This document shows, piece after piece, positions 31,384 through 34,917 of a stretch of 34,917 bases of DNA (positions within the stretch are counted from its first letter, which is position 1; the number at the start of each line of letters is the position of its first letter). A model generated the notes under the pieces. It saw only the letters and a program-made list of their open reading frames with translations. It searched no databases and was not told the DNA's origin. The stretch is from Saprolegnia diclina VS20. Taxonomy: Eukaryota. The stretch is from the NCBI RefSeq assembly GCF_000281045.1, contig NW_008246111.1:37807-72723 (forward strand), in the 5' to 3' direction. The position numbers and the translations under genes were made by a program.

Positions 31384-32242
31384 CTACGCCGTCGGCTTGA
31401 TCGTTTTCTCAATGCGTCGCTGGAGGATGCAGAGTTTTGCTTGGTCGTTCGGGAGCGCTTCGTCGCATTCGCTACAGATCGCCGCTTCCATTGATTGCTG
31501 TGCGCCGCAGCAGATGCAGACAAGACCATCGTAGATCCCCAGTCCTTTCTTCTTGGCCACCGCCATGCGCTTCAAAAGGACCTGGCGCTTGGCCGGAGCG
31601 GAAGTGAGCTCTTCAGCACACGACTCGCAGTGCGTCTGGAGGAGCGAGTTGAATGCGAAACAGAGCTGGCAGACAAATTGCGTGCTCACGAGCATCGACG
31701 GGGACGACTACGGTGGCAGGAGGTAAGGTCGTGAGACAGCACTGGGCGACTTCGTCTAGTCAATGGTCTCACCGCCGTGCCAGTGGACACTGGAAGTATA
31801 GCGGAGGACGCGGGCGTGACGACAGCCGTCTCTCTCTCTGCGCTAATCGACATTGCAGTTGTCGGCGGCTTGATCAAGGGCTCTGGGCGCTTGCCCGACA
31901 TGATGGACTAAAGGTAGTATAACATCATCCAGCTGCGACTTTCTATGACACAGGGCTGCTCACAGCACGAGGCTCGGCCAACTTGGTCTCGGGTTCACGC
32001 ACGGCAGGCGCCGAAAGCTCTTCTTCGCTGCGATAGAGTAGCTTTTGAAGCGACTCGACAATCATGAATGCCGACGGACGCTGCGTCGGGTCAAACGAGA
32101 GACAGGCGTCGGCGAGGTCTCGCAGCCACGGCGGACAAGTTGCGCTTACTGACGGACGGAGGTTGCCAAGCCGCACGCCGTCGATGATCCCCCAGTACCC
32201 GAGGCCCTTGGCGTCGTGATATGGAAGTTGGAGCGTGTCCAG
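31384..32242 (-). CDS. 3' part of a TKL-type kinase with C-terminal duplicated Zn-ribbon/helix module (5' end in gap)
   Basis: Kinase C-lobe LDTLQLPY...LRPSVSATCPPWLRDLADACLSFDPTQRPSA is homologous to the 10471-14969 kinase. Phase-0 introns 31908-31963 and 31708-31772 link it via a Ser/Pro/Thr linker to FVCQLC..CESC..KRQVLLKRM..LVCICC..CSEC..KLCILQRRIE. Confidence 0.82.
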
Positions 32243-32844
32243 NNNNNNNNNNNNNNNNNNNNNNNNNNNNNNNNNNNNNNNNNNNNNNNNNNNNNNNNNN
32301 NNNNNNNNNNNNNNNNNNNNNNNNNNNNNNNNNNNNNNNNNNNNNNNNNNNNNNNNNNNNNNNNNNNNNNNNNNNNNNNNNNNNNNNNNNNNNNNNNNNN
32401 NNNNNNNNNNNNNNNNNNNNNNNNNNNNNNNNNNNNNNNNNNNNNNNNNNNNNNNNNNNNNNNNNNNNNNNNNNNNNNNNNNNNNNNNNNNNNNNNNNNN
32501 NNNNNNNNNNNNNNNNNNNNNNNNNNNNNNNNNNNNNNNNNNNNNNNNNNNNNNNNNNNNNNNNNNNNNNNNNNNNNNNNNNNNNNNNNNNNNNNNNNNN
32601 NNNNNNNNNNNNNNNNNNNNNNNNNNNNNNNNNNNNNNNNNNNNNNNNNNNNNNNNNNNNNNNNNNNNNNNNNNNNNNNNNNNNNNNNNNNNNNNNNNNN
32701 NNNNNNNNNNNNNNNNNNNNNNNNNNNNNNNNNNNNNNNNNNNNNNNNNNNNNNNNNNNNNNNNNNNNNNNNNNNNNNNNNNNNNNNNNNNNNNNNNNNN
32801 NNNNNNNNNNNNNNNNNNNNNNNNNNNNNNNNNNNNNNNNNNNN
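32243..32844. other. Assembly gap (602 N)
   Basis: Run of N between the kinase fragment and the ankyrin gene. Confidence 1.
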
Positions 32845-32956
32845 CGAGCACATGCCACGAGGACGTCAATGACCAAGCGCATCGATGGCCAAGCGGCCTG
32901 ACACCAAGCGCTGTCGACGTAGCATCCAGCGGCAGGACGTGGTTTGGCTTGCGCCG
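32845..32956 (+). repeat. 112-bp dispersed direct repeat, copy 2 (abuts the gap and may be longer)
   Basis: Near-identical to 29781-29892. Confidence 0.95.
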
Positions 32957-32973
32957 GCTACTCGTTTCTTGGC

Positions 32974-34776
32974 CTAGCTTCCGGCTCGTTGCAAAACAGC
33001 AATGGCGTAGGGGTGGGTCGCTAGCATCAGCGGTGTCGCTCCCGTCTACTACACACGAGTCACTCAAGTAGATCATGACATCCGACAAAAGGACCTTGGA
33101 CGCAGCCAAGACGTTGGCGCCGGCGTCCAAAAGGTACTTGACGGCGCAACCGTGGCCCTTGGCGGCCGCGACATGCAGCGGCGTCTGCCCCAACTAGTTT
33201 CGAGAACTGAATGAGTTCACATGAGATGGCGGAGAGCGACCTCGTCGACCATCTCCATTGCATCGTTGCAAAGCGGGAGGACATGATCCAGGACAGTTGG
33301 GCTGCCACCGATCGCGGCCGCGTGCAATAACGTCGATCCAGCCTAGCACCATTGCAATGCCGTTGATGGTGGTTCCGCAAAGATCGTAGTACGCTGGTGA
33401 TGCTCTTGGGGCTGGCGTTGGCAGCCGTCAGTGCTTTGACAATGTCGGCGTGGCCAGCACCAGCAGCAGCAAAGAGGGGCGACTCTCCCGACTAAAGCAC
33501 AGTGTGCGAGTCGACTGAATACACCGAATGCAGTACGTGATTGGTAGCGTCGATGCCGTCGTGAACCGTTGCCGCTTGGAACAGTGTCGTGAGAATGGGC
33601 ATGTGACCGCGGGCAGCCGCCATATGCAGCGCTGTCTCGCCGTGCTAGATCAAATTGAGCTTGGTGCAATGCCTCTTGACGGGCAACCTCGTTGGGTGAC
33701 GTAGGGTTGACGCCAAAACGCAGCAGTTGAGCCACCATCCGGTCATTGTTGCCAGACGCTGCGTGGAGCAGTGCCGAAGCGAGGATGCTCTACCCCAAAG
33801 CGTCGAAAGCTCCAAGCGACAATACAAGTGCCAACCTCATCGACGAAATCGACGGATGCGCACGCTTGGTACAGCGCCTGAGCTGACTCTGCGTTGTCAG
33901 CGATAATGGCGACTGCGAGGGCTGTGCGACCCGTCTATTTCATCACAAATTACGTGAAAATATCAGACGCGAAGACAAATTATGGGAATACCGCGTCTTT
34001 GACATCGATCTCGAGGTCAGGTTTTGAAAGCATTTTTTGAAGCAGCGACAGATCTTGCGTCGACACGACCAAGTGCAGCAATGGCGTCTCCGACTACACT
34101 CAATGTTATAACTATCAATGACATGTCATTTTGAAAGAGATGTGTACACTATCACGGAGGTTGGCGTGGATAAAGCTGTTTTGGAGGATGCGCGTGGCGA
34201 CAGGAATGCGTTTCTCGCGCAGTGCGTCCAAGAGCTATATCCGTGCTGCAGAAGCCTGTCGTTATGACCGACTATATACTTGCTCGGGTTGTATGCGAAT
34301 ATAGTTGCGGAAAAGCTTTGCGACTGGATCATTCCAACCGCGTGCTTCTGCGACCTCAAGCGGTGTTTCGCCATCCTAGAGACAACAATGGTTGTTCATT
34401 GTTGATCTCTGAAGGCTCAGGTCATGGCAGCACCCAACAACGACATGGTGGCTGTACGTACCTTGTTTTCGGCGTCGAGTTTGGCGCCTTTTTCAAGCAA
34501 GAAGCGGACGACGTCCACATGACCGCTGGAAACAGCCCAGTGCAGTGGCGCATAACCATTCTACTCCAATGTAGTATGAATGAAAAACAATTCCTCTTTA
34601 GAGATCCAACATACGTCGTCCGTGCAGTTGACTTTGACGCATTTGTTGAGATACAACTGGACTTGAGCCAAGTTGCCATCTCGTGCAGCGTTGAGAAGCG
34701 CTTTCTACATTTGACCACATGCACATCGTCCCAGGTCGCATGGTCGTCGTCGTTCTACCTCGTCGCTCGTTGGCAT
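32974..34776 (-). CDS. Ankyrin-repeat protein (about 12 repeats), 13 exons
   Basis: ATG at 34776: MPTSDE|KALLNAARDGNLAQV..|NGYAPLHWAVSSGHVDVVRFLLEKGA..|DGETPLEVA..|..|HGETALHMAAARGH..|SGESPLFAAAGAGH..|LGQTPLHVAAAKGH..|TGATPLMLATHPYAIAVLQRAGS-stop (TAG at 32974-32976). All 12 GT-AG introns are phase 0. Confidence 0.85.
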
Positions 34777-34917
34777 CCTCCGTCGCCGTCAGTTTGAAAA
34801 CTGACATTTCATTAGCTTCTTTTGCACCAATCCAACTCAACATCACAACCAGTATATCTTTCGGATACGGCGCTGTCGGTGTGGATTGCCCAACGCACGC
34901 GAAAGAGAATGTCGCTG

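Noticed and set aside
17767..33193. Long ORFs containing X runs across the four N gaps
   Set aside because: Artefacts of translating through N; frames on the two sides of a gap cannot be joined.

Overview
This is eukaryotic DNA, most likely from a Saprolegniales oomycete (Saprolegnia-like). That is inferred from the many 41-65 nt introns, oomycete-type Inr/CCAAT promoter motifs and a TKL kinase with DLG. The ORF track is fragmented by introns, so gene models were spliced by hand. The left third holds mostly ordinary genes: MAK16 (7 exons), intronless RPS14, a secreted and probably GPI-anchored EGF-repeat gene, tRNA-Ala(UGC) and a secreted NHL beta-propeller. From about 10.4 kb the window becomes a cluster of repeat-protein genes. 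It contains a 24-exon ankyrin (about 21 repeats)-TKL kinase gene ending in a duplicated Zn-ribbon/helix module, and a multi-TM LRR-LNR gene. It also holds three tandem paralogs with a HET/TIR-like N-terminus (RRSWCVFE), TPR-like repeats and a ZZ-like zinc finger, plus a multi-pass membrane ORF, two further copies of the Zn-ribbon tail and a 13-exon ankyrin gene. Four assembly gaps hide the N-termini of the TPR paralogs and most of the second kinase. The best candidate for an undescribed system is a receptor-like, possibly innate-immune, cluster; that functional reading is inference.
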